Of a DNA stretch of 64,000 nt, positions 42,621-52,847 are shown piece after piece. Position 1 is the first letter of the stretch. Every line of letters starts with the position of its first letter. The translations under genes were made by a program, and so were the position numbers. The notes under the pieces were generated by a model. That model saw only the letters and a program-made list of their open reading frames with translations, searched no databases and was not told where the DNA came from. The DNA lies in contig CAWDVP010000002.1 in assembly GCA_963805945.1 (NCBI GenBank), positions 1-64,000 on the forward strand, written 5' to 3'. Origin of the DNA: Vulcanimicrobiota bacterium (GTDB lineage Bacteria; Vulcanimicrobiota; Vulcanimicrobiia; Eremiobacterales; Eremiobacteraceae).

Positions 42621-43325
42621 ATGAGAGAGATGATCGCCGTGCTCCGCCCTTTCTTGCCCGCTGCGGTGCGCGAGCGGCTCGCCTTTTCGGAGCGAGCGAA
42701 GGCGATCATCGAGCAGCATCGAGCGCAGACGGCGGAGACGGTCAAGGCGCTCGAGCGGAAGTACTCCGCACCGGTGCTGGGCAAGGTCCAGGTCTGGGAC
42801 TTGCTCGAGCGGCTGTCGCAGTGCGTCGACCCGACGGACTCGGGCCTCTATGGCACGAGCCAGTTGGTGCACGTGCTGCAAGTGCTCGAGGCGATGGAAG
42901 ACGATGGCATCACCGATCGCGACCTGCACCTCGCGGCGCTCGTGCACGACATCGGCAAGCTGCTGCTGCTGCATGGCGAGACCCCGGACAACGTCGTCTG
43001 CATGAACACGCCGATCGGCGAATACCCCGCGGGCGTCGGCCTTGAGAACTGCGTGCTGCAGTGGAATCATGACGAGTTCGCCTATTCGCGGCTCACCGGC
43101 CACGTGCCCGACCATGTCGCGTGGCTGGTCCGCTACCACAGCGTCATGCTCGGAGAGTGCGCGCCGCTGATGAACGCGCGAGATCGGGACTGGGCGCAAC
43201 GCTACTTGGTGCCGTTCCAGAAGTACGATCAGTCGTCGAAGTCGCCGTACGAGGTTCCGCGGAAATCGCTCGCCGACTACCGAGAACTCATCGAAGAACT
43301 CTTTCCTCAACCGATCCTTTTTTGA
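42621..43325 (+). CDS. myo-inositol oxygenase (MIOX)-like HD-domain di-iron protein
   Basis: VDPTD..QLVHVLQ, LVHDIGK, G.GLENC..QWNHDEFAY, VRYHS, F.KYD..SKS align with MIOX motifs DESD, HALQ, HDLGK, GHDEY, RYHS, DLYSK. Confidence 0.78.
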   Translation: MREMIAVLRPFLPAAVRERLAFSERAKAIIEQHRAQTAETVKALERKYSAPVLGKVQVWDLLERLSQCVDPTDSGLYGTSQLVHVLQVLEAMEDDGITDRDLHLAALVHDIGKLLLLHGETPDNVVCMNTPIGEYPAGVGLENCVLQWNHDEFAYSRLTGHVPDHVAWLVRYHSVMLGECAPLMNARDRDWAQRYLVPFQKYDQSSKSPYEVPRKSLADYRELIEELFPQPILF

Positions 43326-43347
43326 AGCGCGATCTGCGTCCGGACAC

Positions 43348-44583
43348 ATGCGGACGATCGTCCTAGGCGCCGGCATGACCGGCATCGCTGCCGGGCGGAC
43401 GTCCAACGGCATCATCTACGAGTCGTGCGAGCGGCCGGGTGGGCTCTGCGCATCGTATCATATCAAGGGATACCGCTTCGAGATCGGCGGCGGGCATTGG
43501 ATCTTCGGCGGCGATCCTGCGGTCCGGCGACTGCTGCGCGGCGTGGCGCCGATGAGCAGTTACAGGCGCCGCTCGGCGGTCTATTTCTCCAAGCAGCAGC
43601 GCTATGCGCCCTACCCGCTGCAGAACAATCTTCAGTGCCTGGACCTTGCGATCGCCGAACAGGCGGCTGAGGAGATGAAGCAGGCCGCCGCCGACTGGAC
43701 CACGACCAGCCGGCGAAGACCATGAAGGACCGTCTCGAGGCGCGCTTCGGTCCGACGCTGTGCGGACTCTTCTTCCACCGCTTCAACGATCTGTACACCG
43801 CGGGGTTGTACGGCCGCATCGCGCCTCAAGATGATTACAAATCACCAGCGCGCGCTTCGAACGGCTACAACGCGAGCTTTCTCTACCCTGTCGGCGGGCT
43901 CGACGCGCTTGCTCGGCGGCTGGCGGAGCCATGTCAGGTGGAATACGGCAAGCGAGCCGTCGCCATCGACGTGGAGCGGCGCGCAGGTGAGCTTCGCGGA
44001 CGGCGACAGCGCGCGATACGATGCGCTCATCTCGACCCTTCCTCTGAACCGCACGCTCGAGCTCGCCGGCCAGAGCGTCACTGCCGTGCCGGATCCATAC
44101 ACCTCCGTCCTCGTGCTCAACATCGGCGCGACGCGCGGCCCGGCGTTTCCGGACCAGCACTGGCTCTATATCGCCGACGCCGAGCCGGGCTTCCATAGGA
44201 TCGGCTTTTACAGCAACGTCGATCGCTCGTTCGTGGCCCCAACCCACACGAGGGGCGCGTCACGCGAGAGCATGTACGTCGAGCGCGCATATCCCGGCGG
44301 CGACAAGCCGGATGCGCGAGAGATCGCGCGTTACGCGGACGCGGTCGTGGCGGAATTACGGCGCTGGGGGTTCATCGACAAGGTAGAAGTCCTGGACGCC
44401 TCGTGGATCGACGTCGCCTACACGTGGTCGTGGCCGGATTCCGCGTGGCGCCGTGATGCGCTTCGAGCGCTCGGCGGCCACGATATCTACCCTGTCGGGC
44501 GATACGGACGCTGGATCTTCCAGGGCATCGCAGATTCAATCCGCGACGGGTTGCGCGTTGGCGCTGGGCTGCAAAGCGGATGA
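43348..44583 (+). CDS. FAD-dependent oxidoreductase, UDP-galactopyranose-mutase/HemY-like family (indels near 43720 and 43980)
   Basis: LGAGMTG, PGGLCAS, FEIGGGHWIF, YPLQNNL, YNASFLYPVGG, FHRIGFYSN, GRYGRW across three ORFs. Confidence 0.72.
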
Positions 44584-45573
44584 GGCGAATTGTTCGGCCG
44601 CCGGCGGCCGCGCCATCGTGGGCCGGCGCGTCAACCCCGCGATGACTCCCTTCACGATGCCTCGCCAGGGACTTGGTCCGCCGCCGCGTCGCCGGGCCAA
44701 ATACCCGAAGAACAGGACCGCATGATAGATGACGAAAGCGAACTTCTCGCGGACGCTGAGCGCTCGGCTATACAGCAACAGCCAGACATAATTGCGCGCG
44801 GAGAACGAGAATCTGCCCGGCAAAGCGAGCCGCTCGTCGTCCTGCCGCGTCGTGTGGCAGACGACGCTGTCCGGCACGAGCAGCCCTTGCTCGCGCCTGA
44901 GGATGCGCGACGTGTACTCAAAATCGTCGGCCAGGATGAAATAGTCGGCGACGGGGTATCCGTAGAGCGTGACCGCACGACGCGCGATCAGCGCCGAGAC
45001 GAACGTGCACGCGCGGATGCTCTCGTACCCGAGCGCTTCGATCGTGGCGGCGTGTCGCGGATCCGGGTCCCGCTTGTGGATCACGCCCGTGCGGGGGTGC
45101 GGCTGACCGTCGATCCACGTGACGTGACTCGCGAGGAGCATAGGCTTGTCGGACGACGGCATGCGCTCGTGAGCCGTCAGCAACGCTTCAAGAGCGGTGT
45201 CGGCGGCGATGGCATCGTCGTCCATCAGCCATAGCCAGTCGAAACCGTCAGCGTACGCCCGCTCGATCCCCAGAGAGAACCCGCCGGCGCCTCCCAGGTT
45301 CTCGCGCGGCGTTAGGTATGTCAGCGGAACGCCGTGCGATGCGGTCTGGTGCGGCGTATTCGGCGTCTCGGTACCGCCCGCGTGATTGTCGACGACGTAG
45401 ACACGATCGACCTTGCGCGATTGCCTGTGCAAAGCGGCGAGGCATTCCCGCAGTTCCTCGGGCCGGTCGTACGTCACGACGATCGCAGCGACCGTGGCCG
45501 GAGCCTCGGACTCGCGCTGCACGTGCGACGGCGCGGCCGGTTCAGACGGCCGCGACGCTAAGGGCAATCCCAT
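44536..45573 (-). CDS. GT2 glycosyltransferase, GlfT1-like
   Basis: AIVVTYDR..L..CL, VVDN, ENLGGAGGF..G, WLWLMDDD, TFVSALI, YFILADDFEYT.R. Confidence 0.8.
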   Translation of the reverse strand: MGLPLASRPSEPAAPSHVQRESEAPATVAAIVVTYDRPEELRECLAALHRQSRKVDRVYVVDNHAGGTETPNTPHQTASHGVPLTYLTPRENLGGAGGFSLGIERAYADGFDWLWLMDDDAIAADTALEALLTAHERMPSSDKPMLLASHVTWIDGQPHPRTGVIHKRDPDPRHAATIEALGYESIRACTFVSALIARRAVTLYGYPVADYFILADDFEYTSRILRREQGLLVPDSVVCHTTRQDDERLALPGRFSFSARNYVWLLLYSRALSVREKFAFVIYHAVLFFGYLARRRGGGPSPWRGIVKGVIAGLTRRPTMARPPAAEQFASSALQPSANAQPVAD

Positions 45574-45601
45574 CGCGGCGACCTTCTCATCTCACATCCA
45601 T

Positions 45602-45643
45602 GGCGCCTACCGGCACAGGGCTTGAAAAAGTTGTTGCCGTATG
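45602..45643. repeat. 42-bp direct repeat, copy 2
   Basis: GGCGCCTACCGGCACAGGGCTTGAAAAAGTTGTTGCCGTATG. Confidence 0.9.
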
Positions 45644-46767
45644 CTGGAGCGGGGACCGCCGAGAGGAGCGCTCTGACCACACCCCTTCGTTTCGCCGTCG
45701 TGATACCGGTGGCTCGGTATCACCCGCGTCTCGACCGATGTCTGCAGGCATGCGCGCGTCTCACCTACGAGCCGCGGACGATCGCGGTCGTCTCGGACGT
45801 GCCGATGACGCTGCCCGACGATCCGCACTTCGTGAACGTGGTCACCAACGCAGGCTGTCTCACGAGTCCTGGGGCGAAGCGCGACGCCGTGGGTGCGGCG
45901 ATCCCGGATGTCGGCGTGTATGCGTATCTGGACGACGATGCATACCCGCCGCCGGACTGGCTGGAGAACGGGGCGCAGGTGCTCGCCGAGTCCCCACAGG
46001 CCGCGGGCGCAGGTGGGCCAGGCTTGGCCGCAGACGATCAAACCTTTTGGGAACAGGTCAGCGCCGCGGTCCTGGCATCGCCCGCCGGAAGCGGCCCGCT
46101 CCACTTCCGCTTCTGGCCCGATCCACCGCGGGATTGCGATGATTATCCGGCCTACGCCCTCTTCATCCGCCGCCATCGGCTGGACGCTGCCGGCGGGTGG
46201 GCGACCGATTGGTACGGCGGCGAGGACAGCGCCCTGTGCGCTCGCCTCGCCGCTCGCGGCGGCCTCATCCGATACGATCCGCGGCTCGCGGTGTGGCACT
46301 ACCGCCGGCGGCTCGCGCCCGAGCACGCGTGGCAGGTGTGGAACGTCGGCCGCTCGCGAGGCTGCCTGATCCGTGCGGGCGACCCGTGCTCTCGTCGCTG
46401 GATGTTCGGCGGCCCGCTGTGCGTCACGCTCGCAGTCATCGCGGCGTTGATCGCTGCATTCGTTCTCGCGATGCCGGCGCCAGCGCTCGCGGCCGCCGGT
46501 CTAGCGGCATATCTCGGACTTGCGCTGTTCGGACTTCCGGGGCGCCTGCCATTGGCGGTCCGGATGATCGTGCCGCTCGCGCTCCTCGTCCACCACGGAT
46601 CCTACGCCGCCGGTATGGTCGTCGGCTTGCTCACCGGCGAGCGGCTGACGCGTGGGAGCGGTGAATCAGCTGATGTGACCCTTCGTCGATTCGGATACCT
46701 GCCAGATCGCGCCGTTCAGGGGAGCGGACCTCATGCTCGACCAGCAATAGGTGAAGGCCCAGCATAA
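45622..46767 (+). CDS. GT2 glycosyltransferase with C-terminal TM helices (start may be CTG 45673)
   Basis: AVVIP, PGAKRD, AYLDDDAYPPPDWL, GGEDS.LC, VWHYRR. Confidence 0.82.
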   Translation: MKKLLPYAGAGTAERSALTTPLRFAVVIPVARYHPRLDRCLQACARLTYEPRTIAVVSDVPMTLPDDPHFVNVVTNAGCLTSPGAKRDAVGAAIPDVGVYAYLDDDAYPPPDWLENGAQVLAESPQAAGAGGPGLAADDQTFWEQVSAAVLASPAGSGPLHFRFWPDPPRDCDDYPAYALFIRRHRLDAAGGWATDWYGGEDSALCARLAARGGLIRYDPRLAVWHYRRRLAPEHAWQVWNVGRSRGCLIRAGDPCSRRWMFGGPLCVTLAVIAALIAAFVLAMPAPALAAAGLAAYLGLALFGLPGRLPLAVRMIVPLALLVHHGSYAAGMVVGLLTGERLTRGSGESADVTLRRFGYLPDRAVQGSGPHARPAIGEGPA

Positions 46768-47532
46768 AGCGCCCGCGGGTCGTCGGGGTGCGGTCGCGGC
46801 GACGGCCCACAGCACAGCGCCCAACGGCGCCCGCCGGATGCCGTAGAGGCGTTCCAACTGGCGTTCGCCTTCGAGCACCCGCCGCGAGTGCCGCCAGTAG
46901 TCCTCGAAGGTGGATGACATCTTGATCCGACATCGCGCTTCGGGCACGAACACCGCACGGACGCCGTCGCGCACGATGCTCGCGGCGATATAGTGATCGT
47001 CATTGATGATGCCGCTCGGGATCTCCAACGCTTTGAGCGGCGCGCTCGCGAACGCAACGAGATTACCCACGGCGTAGTGCTGTCGGTGAGGTCCGGCCTT
47101 CAGCCGCTGGACCACCGCCAGCGCAAACGCCGCGGACAAGGCCGGAACCGTGCGGCGCTCGAGCTTCGTCACGTTGGCTCCGATCGCGATCGTCGCTCCC
47201 GCCGCCACGGCGTCGACAAGTCGCTCGATCGCATGCGCTTCGACGGCGGTGTCCGCGTTGATCCGGACGATGGCGTCGCCCGTCGCCTCCGCGATCAGCC
47301 GTCGAACGATCGCGGCGAGGCCGTCTCGCCGTGTGGCATGAAAGACGCGGATGGCCGGGTAGCGCCGGGCGGCCCGTTCGGCGATGTCAGCCGTCGCGTC
47401 GGTCGAGCAATCGTCGTAGACGAGCACCTCCGCGAGACGATGACGTCCGTATCCGCTGGCGCAGATGGACTCGAGCAGCGGGCCGATCGAGCCCTCCTCA
47501 TTGAACGCGGCGATAAGGACGCTTATATCCAT
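46666..47532 (-). CDS. GT2 glycosyltransferase
   Basis: ISVLIAAFNEE, YDDCSTDAT, NADT, INDDHY. Confidence 0.82.
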   Translation of the reverse strand: MDISVLIAAFNEEGSIGPLLESICASGYGRHRLAEVLVYDDCSTDATADIAERAARRYPAIRVFHATRRDGLAAIVRRLIAEATGDAIVRINADTAVEAHAIERLVDAVAAGATIAIGANVTKLERRTVPALSAAFALAVVQRLKAGPHRQHYAVGNLVAFASAPLKALEIPSGIINDDHYIAASIVRDGVRAVFVPEARCRIKMSSTFEDYWRHSRRVLEGERQLERLYGIRRAPLGAVLWAVAATAPRRPAGALCWAFTYCWSSMRSAPLNGAIWQVSESTKGHIS

Positions 47533-47621
47533 GTGCCGTCATCCTGTTGGCGCTCGCCTGGCGAGACACTTGCTCGCCCGCGGGGGCGGGCGTCCTGGCG
47601 CCGCGCGTTGAAGAGCTCGGC

Positions 47622-48533
47622 GTGAGCCTCCGGGGCAAGATCAGCGTCGTCATGCCGGCGTTCAACGAAGCTGAGAACATCGAGAAGAACCTGCGCGAGA
47701 CGGTCGACACGTTGCGCGGGCTCGGCTACGATTTCGAAGTCATCGTCGTGGACGACGGCAGTCCCGACAACACGTGGCTCGCCGCGAGCGCGTCGCTGTT
47801 CGACCACGAGCCCAACGTCCGGGTGTTGCGCTACGATCGCAACGAGGGCAAGGGCAACGCGGTGATGCGCGGGACCGCGGTCGCGACCGGCGACTACATC
47901 GTCTTCCTCGACGCCGACATGGACCTCCACCCGTCGCAGTTGCCGACCTTCTTCGAGATCATGGACCGCGAGCGCGCCGACGTCGTCATCGGCAGCAAGC
48001 TGCATCCAGGCTCGAACGTCAACTACCCGCTGTCGCGCAGGATCGCCACCATGGGCTACTACTCGCTCGTGTGGGCCTTCTTCGGCCTGCCGCTGCGCGA
48101 TACGCAGACCGGGCTGAAACTGTTCAAAGCCCCGGTGCTGCGACGCGTCTTCCCAAAGGTGCTCGTCAAGCGTTTCGCCGCGGATATCGAGGTGCTCGCG
48201 GTCGCGCATTCGCTGGGCTATAAGATCTGCGAAGCGCCGGTGACATTGCATTTCCAGCGTTCGTTCGGGAGGATCCGGATGAAGGACATCTTCGCCATCT
48301 TCCAAGACACGCTGGCGATCTTCTACCGCCTCAAGATCCTGCGCTACTACGACTCGATCAGCGAAGAGTGGCCCGCCCCGCAACAGAAGATGACAGAACT
48401 CGTCGGCAGCAAGCCGGCGGTCGATGAGCCGCTAGAGCCGCAGCTCCGGACGCAGCGTCTTCAAGGCGCGGACGAAATCAGCGTAGGTCGTATCCCAATC
48501 GTGATGCGCCGCATCCACGCGAGCGCGCTCTGA
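47622..48533 (+). CDS. GT2 polyprenol-phosphate glycosyltransferase (DPM/DPG-synthase-like)
   Basis: SVVMPAFNE, VVDDGSPD, NEGKGNAV, FLDADMD, VIGSK, DTQTGLKLF, FAADIEVL. Confidence 0.85.
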   Translation: MSLRGKISVVMPAFNEAENIEKNLRETVDTLRGLGYDFEVIVVDDGSPDNTWLAASASLFDHEPNVRVLRYDRNEGKGNAVMRGTAVATGDYIVFLDADMDLHPSQLPTFFEIMDRERADVVIGSKLHPGSNVNYPLSRRIATMGYYSLVWAFFGLPLRDTQTGLKLFKAPVLRRVFPKVLVKRFAADIEVLAVAHSLGYKICEAPVTLHFQRSFGRIRMKDIFAIFQDTLAIFYRLKILRYYDSISEEWPAPQQKMTELVGSKPAVDEPLEPQLRTQRLQGADEISVGRIPIVMRRIHASAL

Positions 48534-49538
48534 CATCGCGGCGAGCGCGGTTGGGTCCTCCAGCGCATCCGCCACCGCCGCGCCGAGGGCAGCCGGATCA
48601 CCCGCTCGTGTGAGAATCCCCTGCCCGGGCTTGATGCTGTCTCGCAGCCCCGGCACGTCGTAGCCGGCGGCGGGTGTGCCGGCTGAGTTCGCCTCGGTAA
48701 CGACGAGCCCCCAACCCTCGCGCACGGAGGTGAGGATGAGCATGTGCGCGGCCGCCATGCGCTGCTGGCGTTCCGCCTCTGTGACCCTGCCGAGGAATCG
48801 GACCCCACCCACTTTGTCGGCGATCTCGACGAGACGCTGCTGATAGCTTTGGTCCTCTGCACGCCCGATGATCCAGAGCTCTGCGTCCGGCTGGCGCGAC
48901 CGCACCACCGAGAAAGCGGCGATGGCGTGTTCGACGCGTTTCGACGGCGTGAGCCGGCCGACGAACGCCAGCGCCGGTGCCCGGCTCTTGGGCGACCCGC
49001 TCGCGATCCCATCGGCGGGCGCAGATATCGGCATGCTGATGACCTCGATCGCGCCGCGCCAGCCGAACTCACGCAGGTCGCGCTTCGAGGATTCGGAGAT
49101 CGTGATCGCCGGCGTCGTGCGGTACAAAGAGTGATAGAGCCGCTCGGAGACGACGCCTAGTCCGGCGAGCGCTCTCGGCGCTTCGTACCACCACACGTCG
49201 CGAGCGAGCTGCGGCACGAGAGCCACCGCGCGCTCGCGCTCGTAGAGCGGGGTGAAGAACGGGATGGTGTTGATGTGGTCGATGAGCAGATCGTACGGCG
49301 GCCGCTCGCGCTGCAGCCAATCGTATGCCGCACGATACACGCCGTAGCGTCCACCGCGCCGAACGTGCCGAACGCCGTCGATCACTTCGTCGTCTGGTTG
49401 TCCTGTAACGCGTGCGGAGAAGAAAACGACGTCGTGCCCGGCCAGCGCGAGCCGCTGCGCCAAGCCTTGCGCGAGGACCTCCGCACCGCCGCTGCGCGGG
49501 TGAGCGAGGTCGCGCCACGCCAGGAATATCGCTCGCAT
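48432..49538 (-). CDS. GT4 glycosyltransferase
   Basis: WRDLAHPRSGGAE, FVGRLTPSKR, SVREGWGLVVTEA, PGLRDSI. Confidence 0.88.
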   Translation of the reverse strand: MRAIFLAWRDLAHPRSGGAEVLAQGLAQRLALAGHDVVFFSARVTGQPDDEVIDGVRHVRRGGRYGVYRAAYDWLQRERPPYDLLIDHINTIPFFTPLYERERAVALVPQLARDVWWYEAPRALAGLGVVSERLYHSLYRTTPAITISESSKRDLREFGWRGAIEVISMPISAPADGIASGSPKSRAPALAFVGRLTPSKRVEHAIAAFSVVRSRQPDAELWIIGRAEDQSYQQRLVEIADKVGGVRFLGRVTEAERQQRMAAAHMLILTSVREGWGLVVTEANSAGTPAAGYDVPGLRDSIKPGQGILTRAGDPAALGAAVADALEDPTALAAMSERARVDAAHHDWDTTYADFVRALKTLRPELRL

Positions 49539-49551
49539 CGAATCGTCGCCG

Positions 49552-50382
49552 CTACGATGTTCCCGATCGGTAGATCGAGTCCGGTGTCGCCGGCGCAGCG
49601 CCGAGCATGCCTATGGCGCCGCCAAAGAATTCTGTTGACTTCATGATCGCCATGCCGCCGGTGAGGACCGGGTGGGCCAACATGCGCCCCGCGCCGCGCA
49701 GCAGCGACCATCGCAGCGGGCTGATCCGCTTGAGCGCCTCTGCGCCGTGCTTGCGCACGAACGCCGGCATGCTGCGGCCGTAGTAGTACTTCTTGAGAAA
49801 GAGGTTGCGCAGCGTCTGCCTTCCTTCATCATGCAGGATCCGTGCAGCCGCGAACGCGACGCCGTCGACCCCCGCGGCGCGCATCGACAGATCCCAGTCC
49901 TCCGGCCCGGTGAGCGATTCGTCGTAGCCGCCGAGCGCGAGCACCCGATCGCGCCGGAAGAAACGCGCGGCCGAGACGAGCGCGTCATCTCCATAGAACG
50001 ATCGCTCGAAGGTTTTGCACGCGGACCAGAACCCTTCGCCGAACGACGTCTCGGGAATGACGATAGCGCTTGCGCCGGCGCGGGCCGCGTCAACGGCCGC
50101 GCTCACGACGTTGGGTTCGAGCACCATGTCGGCGTCGAGGATCATGACGTACTCGCCGCGGGCCGCGCGTACTCCCGCGTTGCGCTGTGCCGATCGTTCC
50201 GGCCCAGCATCGATGACGAGGTCGGCGAGGCGTTGCGCGATCTCCGGCGTCGCGTCGGTGGAGCGATTGTCCACGACGATGATCTCCACAGGCGAACGGT
50301 CTTGCCGGCGCGCGCTGTCCAAGCACGCTGCGAGCGTCCGTTCGGAGTTCTTCGTCGTCACGATCAGCGAAACGAGCGCCAA
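49552..50382 (-). CDS. GT2 glycosyltransferase
   Basis: TTG start after GGAG; VSLIVTTKNSE, VVDNRSTD, GPERSAQRN.G, LDADM, GPEDWD. Confidence 0.85.
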   Translation of the reverse strand: MALVSLIVTTKNSERTLAACLDSARRQDRSPVEIIVVDNRSTDATPEIAQRLADLVIDAGPERSAQRNAGVRAARGEYVMILDADMVLEPNVVSAAVDAARAGASAIVIPETSFGEGFWSACKTFERSFYGDDALVSAARFFRRDRVLALGGYDESLTGPEDWDLSMRAAGVDGVAFAAARILHDEGRQTLRNLFLKKYYYGRSMPAFVRKHGAEALKRISPLRWSLLRGAGRMLAHPVLTGGMAIMKSTEFFGGAIGMLGAAPATPDSIYRSGTS

Positions 50383-50518
50383 GGCGATCTCCCAAAGCAC
50401 GGTCGTTTCAGAAGTTGACTCTGCGCCGAGCGGTACCTTCTCGACGCTGGACGAGCGGTCGGCTTTCGTCGCATCTGACCGCACGCCGGTGTGCGGGGTC
50501 GCCGCCATCCTTTCAGGA

Positions 50519-51415
50519 ATGTCGGCAATGATGACCTCGGAAGAGCTCTATCTCGACATGATGAAGCGCTGTTTGACGCGAGCGCTCTTCCGCGACACGC
50601 GCGTTCCGCCGCGCGCGCTGATGCACCGGTTCCTCGCCGCCGTCGTTCGCTGGTTGCGAGCGTTCGCGGTTCCGCTCTACGTGCGGCTCCTGCGCGTCGG
50701 ACCGCTCAGCTCGGCCGCGGCAACCGTCCAGGGCCCGCTTCGGCGCGCACTCGTGAGGCTTGCTCCGCCGGATCGACATGAGCTCGAGGAGGGCATGACG
50801 TGGCCCGAGGATGCTGAGACGATGATCGGCCCGAGGCGTCTGACGAATATCCAGTCGTGCGTGACGGAGGTGCTGCGAGCCGACGTGCCCGGCGATCTCT
50901 TGGAGGCGGGCGTGTGGCGAGGTGGCGCTGTCATCTTCATGCGCGCCGTGCTCGAGGCATACGGCGATCGATCGCGCCTCGTGTGGGCCGCTGATTCCTT
51001 CAGCGGGCTCCCGCGACCGGACGCGCCGCTCGCTCCGGCGGACACCGGCGACGTCCTCTTCGCCTTTCGCGAGCTCGCGGTCCCGCTCGACGTCGTCCAG
51101 GACAATTTCCGGCGCTATGGGCTGCTGGACGATCGCGTGCGATTCCTCAAGGGATGGTTCCGCGACACGCTTCCCGCAGCGCCTATCTCTCGCTTAGCGG
51201 TGCTCCGCATCGACGGAGATCTGTACGAGTCGACCATGGACGCGTTAAGAGCGCTCTATCCCAAGCTCTCGATTGGCGGCTTCGTCATCATCGACGACTA
51301 TGGGAATCTCCCGGGCTGCCGCGCGGCAGTTGAAGATTATCGACGAGATCTCTCGATAGCGGATCCGATCGAGTGGGTGGACTGGACCGCGGTCTTCTGG
51401 CGCAAGCTGGCCTAG
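50519..51415 (+). CDS. TylF/MycF family sugar O-methyltransferase
   Basis: AETMIG..RL, VPGDLLEAGVWRGG, ADSFSGLP, KGWFRDTLP, LRIDGDLYEST, GGFVIIDDY. Confidence 0.92.
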   Translation: MSAMMTSEELYLDMMKRCLTRALFRDTRVPPRALMHRFLAAVVRWLRAFAVPLYVRLLRVGPLSSAAATVQGPLRRALVRLAPPDRHELEEGMTWPEDAETMIGPRRLTNIQSCVTEVLRADVPGDLLEAGVWRGGAVIFMRAVLEAYGDRSRLVWAADSFSGLPRPDAPLAPADTGDVLFAFRELAVPLDVVQDNFRRYGLLDDRVRFLKGWFRDTLPAAPISRLAVLRIDGDLYESTMDALRALYPKLSIGGFVIIDDYGNLPGCRAAVEDYRRDLSIADPIEWVDWTAVFWRKLA

Positions 51416-52113
51416 TCGGCGACCGCCTGCACGAATATATTGCACATCCCGGTGCGTTCGGTCAAGAACTCTCCCTCACGATGCCGCTCGATCAGGCTCT
51501 TCAAAGGCGGTTCTGACCTGAGCAGCCATTTGAAGGCGTACAGCGTGATGTTGCCCCACAGCTCCCACAATCCGCCGCGTACGGTCGACGTGACGGTGCG
51601 GAAACCAGCCTCGGCCATGAGCGCTACGATGCGATCGCGCGAGTAGTGGCGATGACCGAAATACCACGCCGGGTCCAGCACGGTGGATACCGGGTGGGCG
51701 AAGGGCGTGGAGAGGATGAGCCATCCTCCGCGCTTTAGCACCCGGCGCACCTCTTTGAGCGCGGCGATCTCGCTGTGCCGAGGGACGTGCTCGATCACTT
51801 CGAACATCACAGCACCGTCGAACGTCGCGTCCGCGAACGGCAGCGAGAACACGGAGGCGGCGATATAGTCCGCCTGCGGTGCGTTGCGTCTGGCTTGCTC
51901 GATCGTCGCTTCCTCGAGGTCGACGGCGGAGATCGCGGTATCGAGCCGACCCGTCGCACAGAAATTCGAACCACCCGCTCGCGCACCCGACGTCGAGGAC
52001 CCGCTGAGCCGCGGGTTGCGCAGCAGCGAGGCGCACGCTGAGCTCGTGACGAGCGGTGAGCCGCTCGCTTACGGCGTCGGAGTACGGCTTCAGACAGGCA
52101 TCCCGGGCGTCAC
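51412..52113 (-). CDS. class I SAM-dependent methyltransferase (indels; start uncertain)
   Basis: RVLDVGCASGW in one frame; LPFADATFD..FEVIEH..RRVLKRGG.LILSTP in another. Confidence 0.75.
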
Positions 52114-52847
52114 GCGCCGGGCGGCCGCCAGCCGCGCTGCTCTGCGACCAGCTTGTTCGCGAGGAAGTAGCTCTCGAACGTCCCCGCATCGGTCCACCAG
52201 CCCTCAAGGACGTCGAACGCGAGGTCTCCCCGCTCGAGGTACGCATTGTTGACGTCGGTGATCTCCAACTCGCCACGTTGGCTCGGCACGAGATGCCGGC
52301 AGAACTCATACACGGCATTGTCGTACATGTACACCCCGGTCACGGCATACGGGCTCTGCGGTCGAGCGGGCTTCTCCTCTATGCGCACGATGCGGCCGTC
52401 GTGCATGACCGGCACGCCGAACCGTTGCGGGTCAGGCACATGCTTGAGCAGCAGCCGCGCACCAGACGGCTGCTGCTCGAATGCCCGGACGTGCGGCGTG
52501 ATATCGGCTTCGAGCACATTATCCCCGAGGATGACGACGACGCGCTGCCCTTCGGAGAAGTGCTCGGTGAGCCGAAGCGCGTCGGCGATGCCGCCATCGC
52601 CTTCCTGGTACGTGTACGAGATATCCCTAAGGCCGAACTCCTTGCCATTGCCGAGCAGTCGCAGGAAGTCGCCCGCGCTTGTGCCGCCGGTGACGATCAT
52701 GATGTCCGTGATGCCGGCGCGCACGAGGGTCTGGATCGGATAGAAGATCATCGGCCGATCGTACACCGGCAACAGATGTTTGTTCGACACACGGGTGAGC
52801 GGCAACATCCGAGACCCGGAACCGCCGGCCAAGACGACGCCCTTCAT
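52110..52847 (-). CDS. rfbA: glucose-1-phosphate thymidylyltransferase (short form)
   Basis: VLAGGSGSRMLPLT..NKHLLPVYDRPMI, ILGDN, EEKP, RGELEITD, WTDAGT. Confidence 0.88.
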   Translation of the reverse strand: MKGVVLAGGSGSRMLPLTRVSNKHLLPVYDRPMIFYPIQTLVRAGITDIMIVTGGTSAGDFLRLLGNGKEFGLRDISYTYQEGDGGIADALRLTEHFSEGQRVVVILGDNVLEADITPHVRAFEQQPSGARLLLKHVPDPQRFGVPVMHDGRIVRIEEKPARPQSPYAVTGVYMYDNAVYEFCRHLVPSQRGELEITDVNNAYLERGDLAFDVLEGWWTDAGTFESYFLANKLVAEQRGWRPPGA

